A stretch of 64,000 nt of DNA from Vicugna vicugna. Taxonomy: Eukaryota. The position numbers and the translations under genes are program-made. This document shows, piece after piece, positions 54,152-64,000 of the stretch (its first letter is position 1; each line of letters begins with the position of its first letter). The notes beneath the pieces were generated by a model. That model searched no databases, was not told where the DNA came from, and saw only the letters and a program-made list of their open reading frames with translations. The stretch is from assembly GCA_013265495.1 (NCBI GenBank), contig MU058000.1, positions 2,989,905 through 3,053,904 on the forward strand, read 5' to 3'.

Positions 54152-54220
54152 AGATAAAGTCTTTTGACTTCCCGTAGCAACACTTCCTGTTACATCATGG
54201 CGACGCACAGAAACAAAGGG
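54152..54220. promoter_or_regulatory. Candidate enhancer/promoter motif cluster (GATA, RFX, ETS, ATF/CEBP, SOX)
   Basis: AGATAA 54152-54157; CTTCCCGTAGCAAC 54168-54181; ACTTCCTGT 54182-54190; GTTACATCA 54189-54197; CATGGCGAC 54196-54204; AACAAAG 54212-54218. Confidence 0.4.
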
Positions 54221-56039
54221 AGGCTTTTCTAAACTCTTTGTTATACGTGTGGGTATGAATGTGAACATATCTGGAGTTTTGGCTGAGTTTACTCCAGGTT
54301 TTTACTGAGTGAAGTCACTTTGGCTGTTAATTCAAAGCAAGAAAAATCTAGGCTATTTTGGTCTGGGGAGTGGAAGGCAAAGAGGAAACAATGTTTTTCA
54401 AGCACTTATAATACATCTTAGCAGGCGAGACATTAAAGAAGATTCATAAGCATTTCTTGGTAGTATGGAGTAGAACTCAATCACAAAAACATATGCTGAA
54501 TGCCCAAGATGTACCAGGCAATGTGTTTTACACTATTGGAACCATATGGTAGATATACTTTCTCCAATTAAAAAAATATACTACACTTCCATTGTAGGAT
54601 GAACAATGAGGGCAATTATAATAACTAGGATTGGGAACTCACTGTGCCCAAAATAGAATTCTAACTGTTGTTTCAGTGTTTCTAAAGGTTCCTTCTACCT
54701 AAGCCCAGGAAGAGACATAGAAGGGTAATTTTGTTTCTTATCAATCACATGAGAGGGAGGGGCCCTGTCACTCCTTAAGAAATGCTAGTGTCAAGCTGAA
54801 TTTTTTTTAATCCTTTACTTTTAGCATCTGCAAAGGATAATTCTTCATTCTTTTCTATTCCATAACGTCAGTTTTTCACATGCAAAGTTTTCTCTTCCTT
54901 AAGAGTGATTAAATATAATTTTTGTAACTGTTTAAGCAAAATGTAGACTCTTGTAGCAAGGCCAAGTGGTTTTAGGTATCCCAGTGTCCCAATTAAGTGT
55001 TTCCTCATTTAATTCTTATTTTTTTTTCCCCTCCAGAGTACATAATGAAAGTTTCTAAACTTATGTGACTAATTTGAAAATCAGAAAGTTGGTGAGAGGA
55101 AGACTGAGAACCAGAAATAGTGCCTATTGTTTTCCATCACAGAGAAATGAGATGAGGAAGTGGAGCAGGGTGGTCCAGGATGGGTATCCTTGATGATGCG
55201 GGCTCTTAAGTTGGAATGAAAGGGAAGAGGTTTCAAACTAAAATGGGAGCACAGTTCCTTTGATCTAGCCCACTCTGACGAGGAGCTCTGATCTTTTTCA
55301 CTGTGTAAGGAAGATGCTCTTCCCAGATCAGCCTCTGACGCTTGCAAAATTTTTGTGTGTGTGAATCACTAAAATATCTTAATACTATGGGTAACATGTT
55401 TACATAGATTTTCAAGTAGGCAGGGATCTTCTTTTATTTACTGCTTTGTCCCTAACAGCTAAAGCCAATTGGTTGATTAAATTAATGATTATTAGCCTTG
55501 GTTAATAACAGAAAAACAGACCATTTATATAATCACTTTTATAATCATTAGAAAATTAAAGTTTCCTTTGATATTTTAAATATCTAACAATATTCATCCA
55601 TAATCATTATTTAATTCGCTTTATCTAATCGTGTATGAGAAAGGGTTCAATTGATAGTTACTATCCAATCAGAAAGAAATGTCAAAAGTGCAAAAAGGAG
55701 TGGGAATCCGTAGTAGACAACACATTTTCAGAGTGTTGGTTTCATGTAGACCTTTCTACTAAATGCAGTGACACCAAAATAAATTGTTCTCTCTCTTCCC
55801 TTCTACTTAGATATCTCGGGCAGAAGTTTGAACTTGAATGCTGGGACCACTTTGTCCTCTTATCTTTTCCCTCTCCTCCCACCACAGTTCTAGGTCAGAT
55901 ATCTATTAAATGTTGAGCCTGGGGAAAGAGGAAGTGACATTCTTAAACTACCAAGCACTGTTAAATGTAACCATAATTCACATGGAGAAGAATGTTTTTT
56001 TAAATGTTCATATTTTATTGTATTTCCTTAGCTTTTACC

Positions 56040-56600
56040 CTCCATTCCTTCTTCCAAACTTCTTAAACTAGTTTTCTCACTTCAAATCTCTTTCTAAGTA
56101 ATTCACCCTATTCTGCAATGTCAGATTTATTTTTCCAAAACCCTGAATTTTCATAGTGATTTTTTGCCCACAGATGTTAAGTTCTGATGTCAAACATCAA
56201 AACTGTCCCTAATTCAGCTCAAAATCATCCAGAGAGAAGGACCTTCTGTAGTGTCAAAGTCCCACATTAATTTTCATCCATGTTTTTGCTACCTCTCAAA
56301 TATCCTGCACTCTTTGCATTCAAATATCTAAACATTTTAGAGCCAGATCAAAGCCAAATTATTTTCATTATAGTCTTTTGAGCCCTTCCAGATAGACTTT
56401 CCAATGATTCCCAATACCCAATACTGTAAATATTCGTGCCCATGTGTTGGCACTGCTAGACCATTCTGTAGTGTTTTAACTTGTTCAAATACATTTTTTA
56501 CTGCTTAAAGGAAGTGGACCCTTCTTAGTGCTTTTATATTTCATAGCATTTATTCTCATGTTAAACACATAGTGGGTCCTTAAATGTTCATACAAATTTG
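56040..56600 (+). mobile_element. L2 fragments (degenerate)
   Basis: CACCCTATTCTGCAATGTCAGATTTATTTTTCCAAAAC…CTGCTTAAAGGAAGTGGACC…AAACACATAGTGGGTCCTTAAATGTT. Confidence 0.55.
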
Positions 56601-56909
56601 ACCTTTGAAAAATCTAGAGTTTACTCTGAGACAAAATTATTTGGTTTTTTTTAATTTCTTTCTTTCTTTTTTCCCTTTTTTTTTTGCATAAGAGAATGAA
56701 TGAAATCAGTGTTTTAACTTAATTACAGAATCAATAGCAGTGTCAGGTTAATAATGGTAAGGGTGTCCAGGATAGATTAGTGTGAATATCTGAGTGAAAA
56801 GAACTAAAATCAAGTGAGTGTAATGGGAGGCTAAAAAAGTAGAAGTGTCTGAGTGACATTTTGCTGTAATATAGTAGAAAAAACAAATACTTTATATGCT
56901 ACTGCATTT

Positions 56910-57112
56910 CCAAACCTGGGTTCAGTTCCAGGTCCTTTAACACTATTTAAATTAATTTTAGTCACTTTTCCTCAATGAACCACTACTTTAATTCCCCAAA
57001 ATGGCTGCAGTACACCTAATTGACAGTATAATCTTGAGGATCAAATTTTATAATGTATGGAAAATTCTTATACAGTGCTTGGCACAAAAGAAGGCTGTTA
57101 CATATCTTTGTT
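56910..57112 (+). mobile_element. MIR fragment
   Basis: AACCTGGGTTCAGTTCCAGGTCCT…CTTGAGGATCAAATTTTATAATGTATGGAAAA…ACAGTGCTTGGCACA. Confidence 0.65.
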
Positions 57113-57191
57113 AAAATGTGATCTTAAATCAAAGTCAGAGGTACAGTTATTGATAAAGTAACTCTTTAATGCTTGTGGTTTCAAAAATATT

Positions 57192-57237
57192 GAAAACTCA
57201 GCTAGAAATAGCAGCAGGGCAAGAAGGCCTTGGTGGC
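57192..57237 (+). repeat. 46-bp local direct repeat, copy 1
   Basis: Matches 58591-58636 with 3 substitutions. Confidence 0.9.
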
Positions 57238-57262
57238 CTTTGATGTTTGAGCTATGCTTTCC

Positions 57263-57311
57263 TTTTTTTTTTTTTTTTTAATGGAGGTAATTGAGATTGA
57301 ATCCAGGACCT
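57263..57311 (-). mobile_element. 5'-truncated Vic-1-like camelid tRNA-derived SINE
   Basis: Minus strand reads AGGTCCTGGATTCAATCTCAATTACCTCCATT-A17, matching the recalled camelid SINE 3' half (GAGGTCCTGGGTTCAATCCCCAGTACCTCCATT-An) with a B-box remnant. Confidence 0.75.
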
Positions 57312-58590
57312 TAAACAACAATTCTTTTTCCTTCCACTTTCTTACACCCTACTTCCTCACTTCCACATCATTCATTCTGAACTTTAGTGGTAGTATATTA
57401 AAAAAAAAAAAGTATCTTCAATTGGGTCTTTTAGAGTTTGCAAAGTCTTAATATTGCATAAACAATTATACAAATAATCCAACTATTTTAACTGTGAGCA
57501 AACTGAGATACAAGATAAAGCCTAGAGAACCACACAAATGATAGACTAGAGAGATACATTGATTAATTGATTGATAGTAAGATAAATATAGATAAATATG
57601 GGGAAAGAAAGAGAAAGAAAGATTTTCAGATAATATTCTCTCAGGTATTTTAATCAAAAACACTTAGATTTGTTTTAAATTTTCAAAAGTAGATGATCCA
57701 TGAGTGGAAGTGGGTGTGGGCAAGTTGAGATGGGTAACGTGGGCAAGATGTGTGTAGTCAGTACTTATGCCACAGGCACATTAAATTCCTAAACTGAAAT
57801 GAGAAAAACAGAAAAGCTTCTATAGAAGCTACCCTACAAACTTAGAGAAAGAGAAATTACACCTTGAGGCTATTCAGCTAAGGATGAGGAGAAGGAAGGA
57901 GAAGTTATCTGCAAGAGAGATCCCTTTTGGTCTATGAATTTTGTGAAACCTAGAACTCTTAGCAAAAAAAATAAAATTAATTTTAGTTCACGGAAAGTTT
58001 TACTGGCAGTCTTGTCACTTTTGCTTGCAATTAATAAGCTAATGCCTTTTAGTATCTTCATTTGGATCATTTCTCAGTGCAGAATGTCTGTGGAGTAGTC
58101 ATAAAGCTTAGTTATTATACATGGACAGTAGACAGAAGGTACTAGAAACCATAGTTAAGACAATACCCTATGGGTAACCATTAGGAAGAGTATTACAGAT
58201 TCTTCCCTCTTCACCTTCACAATGTCAACAATAAAGCTTAGAATATTCAGTTCTGAGGCTTTTCTTACAGTGTACAAAATGTAACACTACTCATTAAAGT
58301 CTGTTTCTTTTTCACATCACCTTCACTCTCTCAACCTGGAGCATTCCCGGAGATATTTGGTTTAGCATTCTCAAAAAATCCTTATTTCTCCTGCTTTCTA
58401 AATGTTGAGTTTTAAATGGCAGATGCTCCTCCATGGAGCCTGCTGTGTCAAGATGAGGTGACTCTGAGTGAAGGGATAGAAGCATGGAGAGCCAGAGTTG
58501 GATGGAAAATTGGCCATCTGGAGCCAGCAGAATTTCAGTCAGCCAGAGAAGGTGAGTGGGCCCTGATTAGACCATGACTTACACTTGCAG

Positions 58591-58636
58591 GAAGACTCAG
58601 CCAGAAATAGCAGCAGGGCAAGAAGGCCCTGGTGGC
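58591..58636 (+). repeat. 46-bp local direct repeat, copy 2
   Basis: GAAGACTCAGCCAGAAATAGCAGCAGGGCAAGAAGGCCCTGGTGGC. Confidence 0.9.
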
Positions 58637-59739
58637 AAAGGTGCATGACATAGAATCCAGAGGATTTCTAACTAGGACGACTTGCTCAGGTTTGACACAG
58701 GGATGCCTTGTACATTCTCCTTACATCATATATTTCTAAGTCTTCTTGGGAATAGAAACAAAAAAGGAGTGGTTTACTGAAGAACTAAAAATTTTTCCCA
58801 AGGCCAGCTAAACATTCCTGAAGGAACAATGGAAATGATCAGAATGGATTGTGTTTAAATCTCTCTGGGTGTTTAAACAATTTGTTTTCCTGGTTACCAC
58901 TGGGTGGGAGGCTTGGAGAAAGCTTAGTGTGGTAAAGAACGATGCTTATTTTTTTTTTTCAGTAGGTAAGAAGAGTAATCTGTTTGAGGAGGGCAACAGG
59001 TAACTATTGCTGCCACTGTACTGACATTTATTAAACTTTTTCAGCAAAGCTGTTACAAAATATCATGAATTTCATTTTATAAATTTGATAAATTTGATGA
59101 CATGTCATTATAGAGGTGCTCCCCTCAGAACCAAAATCAAACAGAAAGCTGCCAAATTCAGAGGTTAAATGGATCATTAATGATTAATTCCTGGGGCACA
59201 TCCCCAAGGGTATATTTTACAGAACTTTCTAGATATTGAGTCCATATTTATGCAAGACTGTTGAATTTGTATAAGGCATTTAAGTCAACTCCAGTTTATG
59301 AATCCCTTTAAATTCATTAATGAGAGCATATCCTAAACATTCATCATTCTAATTAAAAGGATACCAATTTCACCAATAAAATCAGATTTCTCAATGTGAT
59401 GACTGAAAGACTTATAGTAGTTCCCCTGAAGTATATTCTTCTTGCCATAAAAGCAGAATTAAATCTTCCCAGGGATGTGAATTTCTGATTAGGGTAGTAG
59501 GTGCCCTTATATTCAAAGTTCAAGATAAATGACACAAATGTATTATAAAACTATGCAGTCTAACACTTTTAAGTAAATTGTGAACATCATGACACACAGT
59601 CTCTTAATGTGAATGAATTTTAGCATAACTAAAATCAGGTGGTAATGGAAGACCTCTGTGAGGTTATGTTAAAAATAAAACCTGCATTTTAAGAAACAGC
59701 TCAAGAAGTTTTACAGTAAGATATAAGTGAATGACAATT

Positions 59740-60870
59740 AAAATAAAAGTTCTGTAATAGGAAGAAGTTTGACTTGTTTGAGAAAAAAGAAGAATAAGGA
59801 AGCTTCAGAACAAGGAACAATTAGTAGGATGGTAGGAAAGGAAGTCATAGGGAAATGCAAGGTAGGCTAGATCCCAGCATAGCCTTTGCATTTCGTGGTA
59901 AATGAAGAACAAGGGCATTGGAGATTATGAGACAGAAATAACATGATGTGATTTATATTTGTAAAGAATTATTCTGGCTCTTTTGGGCTCAAGAGAAATA
60001 ATATTTGAAAGGGAGAGAATACTTAGGGTCTACAGCTGTATTGCAGAAGAGAAATGATGGTGGTTTGCACAGTAATAGAGGAAGTAGGGGGCAGTAATGT
60101 GATTTTGAATATAATATAAAGCTAACATGACTTGCTGATGATTGGATTAGGGACTGCTATCGCTTGAATACTTGCATCTCCTCAGAATTCATATGCTGAC
60201 AGCCAACTCCAGTGTGACAGCGTTTGGAGGATAGACATTTGGGAAATAGTTAGGTAATGAGGGTACAGCTCTGGAGCATGAGATTAGAGCCATTATAAGG
60301 AAGATCAGACCCCAGAGATCTCCCTAGCTCCTTCTGCCATATGAGGACACACAAGAAGATAGTCATTTATGAATCAGGAAGTGGTCTCTCCCCAGGCAGC
60401 AAATCTCTTGGCACCTTGATCTTGGACTTTCTAGTCTCCAGAACTATAAGAAATAAATTTCTGTTGTTTACAAGCCAGCTGTCAATTGTACTTTGTTATA
60501 GCAGATGGCACTGACTGAGAAAGGAGCGGTAAAGAAAATAAAGGAATCAGGAGCAAAGTGAGAGACCTATCTTATTCTCCAGTGATACCAGGGGCAACAT
60601 GTGATCTGTGATGGAAAAAGAAGCAAAATCAATACTTTGAGTTTTTGGTCTATGCAAATGGATGCATTTTGGAGCATTAACTGGTGTGAAATGCCTGAAA
60701 AGCGTGCAGGATTAGAAAGGGGCAGGGATCCAGAGTTGTAATTTGGCTGTGCTAAGTTTGAGATGTCAATTAGATATCCAAGTAGAGAAGTCAAATATGT
60801 GGTTGGATGTGCAAGTCAGGAGTTAGGGAAAAAGTCAAGGCTGGAAATTTAAAATCGGAACTCATCGCTT
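59740..60870 (-). mobile_element. L2 LINE interrupted by MLT1A
   Basis: ACATGATGTGATTTATATTTGTAAAGAATTATTCTGGCT…GACTTGCTGATGATTGGAT…TGCTAAGTTTGAGATGTCAATTAGATATCCAAGTAGAGAAGTCAA. Confidence 0.8.
60155..60522 (+). mobile_element. MLT1A/MLT1A0 MaLR solo LTR
   Basis: TGCTATCGCTTGAAT…CAGAATTCATATGCTGA…GGCACCTTGATCTTGGACTTTCTAGTCTCCAGAACTATAAGAAATAAATTTCTGTTGTTTA…TTTGTTATAGCAG. Confidence 0.88.
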
Positions 60871-61920
60871 CTTGTCCATGTTGACACATATAGGACTTCC
60901 ACTTCTATTCAAAAACGTCACCCCAGTTTATTTCTGGGAAACGTCTGATATCTTACTTGAACTCACCCATTCACTCACAGGCCTCTTACCATGAGGCATT
61001 TGCTTTCTTTACTTTTCAACTGTCCTGCTTCTCTTTCCCATTCATGTACGTTGCAACCATCTCCTAACTACAAGGTACCTAACTGCCCCATGCTCATGAT
61101 GAGTGTACAAGCATCCAGGTTAACTGCAACGTCTACCTCTGTCCTCAGTCTTTCAGTGCCAGTATGCTGCAGTTTCTGGATGAAACTCTCCATGGCATTT
61201 CCTGAAATCCCCAATCCACTAAACAAGTAAATAACTCATGCAGGAAAATTTCCACTCTACCATGTTTTATCAGCATATAGATGTGTCCTCATGTCTCTCA
61301 GTATCTCCTTCGACAATTAGTAACATTATTTATTAATTGTGTCCCTTCATGAAGTTTCTTTCCCCAACAAGAGTCACCTGAGATTGCCTAGTATTGCTTC
61401 GGAGAGCAAAGATAGGGTTCTTATCATCTTCAAAAGCTTCTCTAACAACCAGTTTTCAAAATATTTAATTTTTTACCTTTCTCTATGGGATACTTTGAGT
61501 AATATTGCTTGTACTTGCTTATTTATGCATTATTGATAAACTCTAAAGTTTAATATATATTCATATATACAAAGGAATCTGTTAATTCATTAAGATAGTA
61601 CATGAATTATATTTTAAATTTCCTCTACTAAATAAATAAAACCATCTCCTTTGTTAAAGGATTTCTTGGAAGGTAATATTATTCATCTATTTAGTCAAGT
61701 GACAAGATCAATTATGGAAGTAACAGAGTTGAACTATAATTTTTATGGTCCATGTTTCATGTTTCAAAATCAAAACTCCAAAGAAGAAAACACGATACCA
61801 AGACATTTAAGCCAAGCTACAGTCAGATTATTAATTTTTAAGACGTATTAGTTGGACAGACATTATAAATGTTCCCTATTAATTAGTATACAAAATAGCA
61901 TAGTGCTACTTAATGATTTA

Positions 61921-62280
61921 TTAGTTTTGGAGCTGTTACATTTGAGATAGCTGTTAGGCATAAAGGTGAGGCCGTTAAGAAAGAGGTTGCATAGAGTTTA
62001 GGTGGAAGATATGACTAGAAACACAAATTTAGGAATCATCAGCAGATAAATGGTATTTAAAAGCATGAAACTGTATGAGATCACCAAAGAAGTGTTATTT
62101 TTAGAAAAGGGGAAAGGAGTCCTAGGAACTCTGGTGTTTGGAGGTCAGAGAGATGAAGAACCAGGGCACTGATAAGAAGCATCCGGAGAAACAGGAGGAA
62201 AACCAGATGAGGGCAGTGTCATGGTAGCTAATGGAAATAAGTGTTTGCAGTAGGATAGAGTGAACAGAAGTTAAATTCGA
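61921..62280 (-). mobile_element. L2 fragment
   Basis: TTTGAGATAGCTGTTAGGCAT…AATTTAGGAATCATCAGCAGATAAATGGTATTTAAAAGCATGAAACTGTATGAGATCACC. Confidence 0.75.
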
Positions 62281-64000
62281 CTTATTATTCAGTAAAATAG
62301 GACTATATCAACTTCCTGGGGCTTCATATTTATCAGTAGTAATTCTCAAAACATATGGATAAATACATTTACTCAAAGCAAAATGTATGTGTTTTAAATA
62401 TAGAAAAAAGTCAAAGATACATACTGTTTTACAGTTATGCATTTATTTCTTTAAAAAAAAGTAAACCTTTTTTAATCGTGGAAAAATGCTATAAGTCAGA
62501 GCACCCTGCTGTGAGGTTTATGTGCCAGAGCGTATTTGAGAAACAGCATGGAATATGTCCACCATTATAGCAGCACGCATTTCCCAAAAGTACATGTCCA
62601 CTGAAAATCAACTACCCTTTAAGAAAAATAAATAGTCTTATTCTTAAAGGTTTGTGAATTGCCCTTAGGCAATCTTCATTAATTTGGTTGAGAGCGTAAG
62701 GCAAAGAGAACTTATCTACCAGGAACATCTGGCTCTTACACAAGGAATTTACAGCGGTCAATGGACAAGACAACAATCAACGCAGTGAACCAGCATCACA
62801 CGAAGTGACCACAACAAGTAGAAGCACTTCAGATAAACTGTAATAAGTTCTTCATGTTTAATATATTTTTCAGAGCTTACCTAGTTGCTTGCTGAGTTTG
62901 ACTATTCATCAGGACATGCCAGATTAATATATAGGAGACTATGTATTGAAATATTTCACTAATGAGCAGAGCAAGTGGAAATAAATAGCTGACACCTGTA
63001 GGACATTATGCCATTTTTATGTGTGGAAAATTGCATGGAATTTTGACACTTTTAGAATACTGTTTAAGAGGCACCTCACACATTATGCCATTGGCTTTCC
63101 AATAAACCATTAAATACATTTTTTATTCCTAACATAACTATTTAACTGCTAGACCAACATAACCCTGCCTGAAGCCTCAGTAAATTGTGCAGACATTTCC
63201 ACCCCAAAGTAGTAAGTTCAATAGCCTGGGTGCAGAGATCATTGTATAGTGCAGATTTCAAGCAAGAGGTTAGTGTCTTCGGAATTTCAAGAATAAACCA
63301 CTTTTTATCGTGGGATGCACTCTTCACGTTTGCCTAGTTATTGCAAAAAACATGCAGCAAACTCAGGCTTGAGGCTAGCTTGAGAGTTAGAAGTCAAATC
63401 ACTAGTTTCCAAAGAGATGTTCTGTACTGTGTCTTCCCCCATAGACTGTTAGGAAAACCAAAGAGGATTTTGTATAAAAATACGGAAAACTCATGAATAC
63501 CGTGAAAATGCTCATCTCTTCTCAGAAGTTTAGCTTGATTCACCAATCTGACTTAGCTACCTGTGTCTTCTCCCACAGCACTCTGACACTAACCCTAGCA
63601 TGGAGCCTTTCTCTGTTTGGGTTTGGGTTTTCTCTGACTGTAGGTAATGACCTTTAGAGGGTCTTTTATTGAGTGCCTTTAACCTTGTAGGCATCAGAAA
63701 CTCAAAGATGAGTGATTGTTGAATAAATTAATGAGTAAATGCATAAATAAATTAATGAAATAAATACTGGTAAGTGTAGCAGAAAGGGTAGCTTTAAAAA
63801 ATAAGATAGAAATAGCCCTGATATGTACCTATGCATCCCTTGTTAAATTAATTCATTCTCTCATCACCTCACTTCTTCAGTATTAGCATTTTCTTTTATT
63901 GCATCTTTTCTGCGTATTTCCATTAATTGTGTCTATCCATCTATATTAGTCTGAGTTTGACAGAAAAACAGAACAAGTAGGTGCTATTTGAATTGGCCTA

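Noticed and set aside
57263..57311. tRNA gene suggested by the B-box-like GGATTCAATC on the minus strand
   Set aside because: No A box or cloverleaf, and it has a poly-A tail, so it is a SINE stub.
21225..58970. Isolated plus-strand acceptor-like sites (about 21251, 30014, 49229, 50735, 51067, 55036, 58962)
   Set aside because: Poly-T plus AG is common here, and none pairs with a strong donor and coherent frame. The 30015-30061 pairing has only a weak GTAACT donor.
1..64000. The many 60-132 aa ORFs in the supplied track as protein-coding genes
   Set aside because: Short, often with non-ATG starts and F/I/L-rich composition typical of AT-rich DNA. The recognisable ones are L1 ORF2 or Tigger1 remnants.

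Overview
AT-rich, repeat-dense mammalian non-coding DNA (intergenic or deep intronic), most likely from a camelid (alpaca, llama or camel). The taxon call rests on six young 5'-truncated L1 3' ends with a camelid-type tail (…GCTGTACACCAGAAATTGACAC…ACTGACTATACTTCAAT-polyA) and a truncated Vic-1-like tRNA-derived SINE. I recognise no protein-coding gene, tRNA, rRNA, miRNA or CRISPR array, and the ORF track is explained by L1/Tigger1 remnants and chance ORFs. The window holds old L1s, L2, L3/CR1, MIR, MaLR/ERVL LTRs (MLT1A/B/C, LTR16), hAT elements (MER5, MER20, Zaphod/MER115) and a near full-length Tigger1, several in nested stacks. Repeat family names come from my recall of consensus sequences, not from a search, and boundaries of old repeats are approximate. 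Best non-routine observations: two short non-tandem local duplications (160 bp and 46 bp, about 1.25 and 1.4 kb apart); minus-strand splice-site-flanked candidate exons (9517-9619, donor at 17108, 50961-50996), one junction of which would give a small hydrophobic ORF; and a dense RFX/ETS/ATF/SOX motif cluster near 54.2 kb. The exon and regulatory calls are hypotheses. I found no convincing evidence of a novel biological system.
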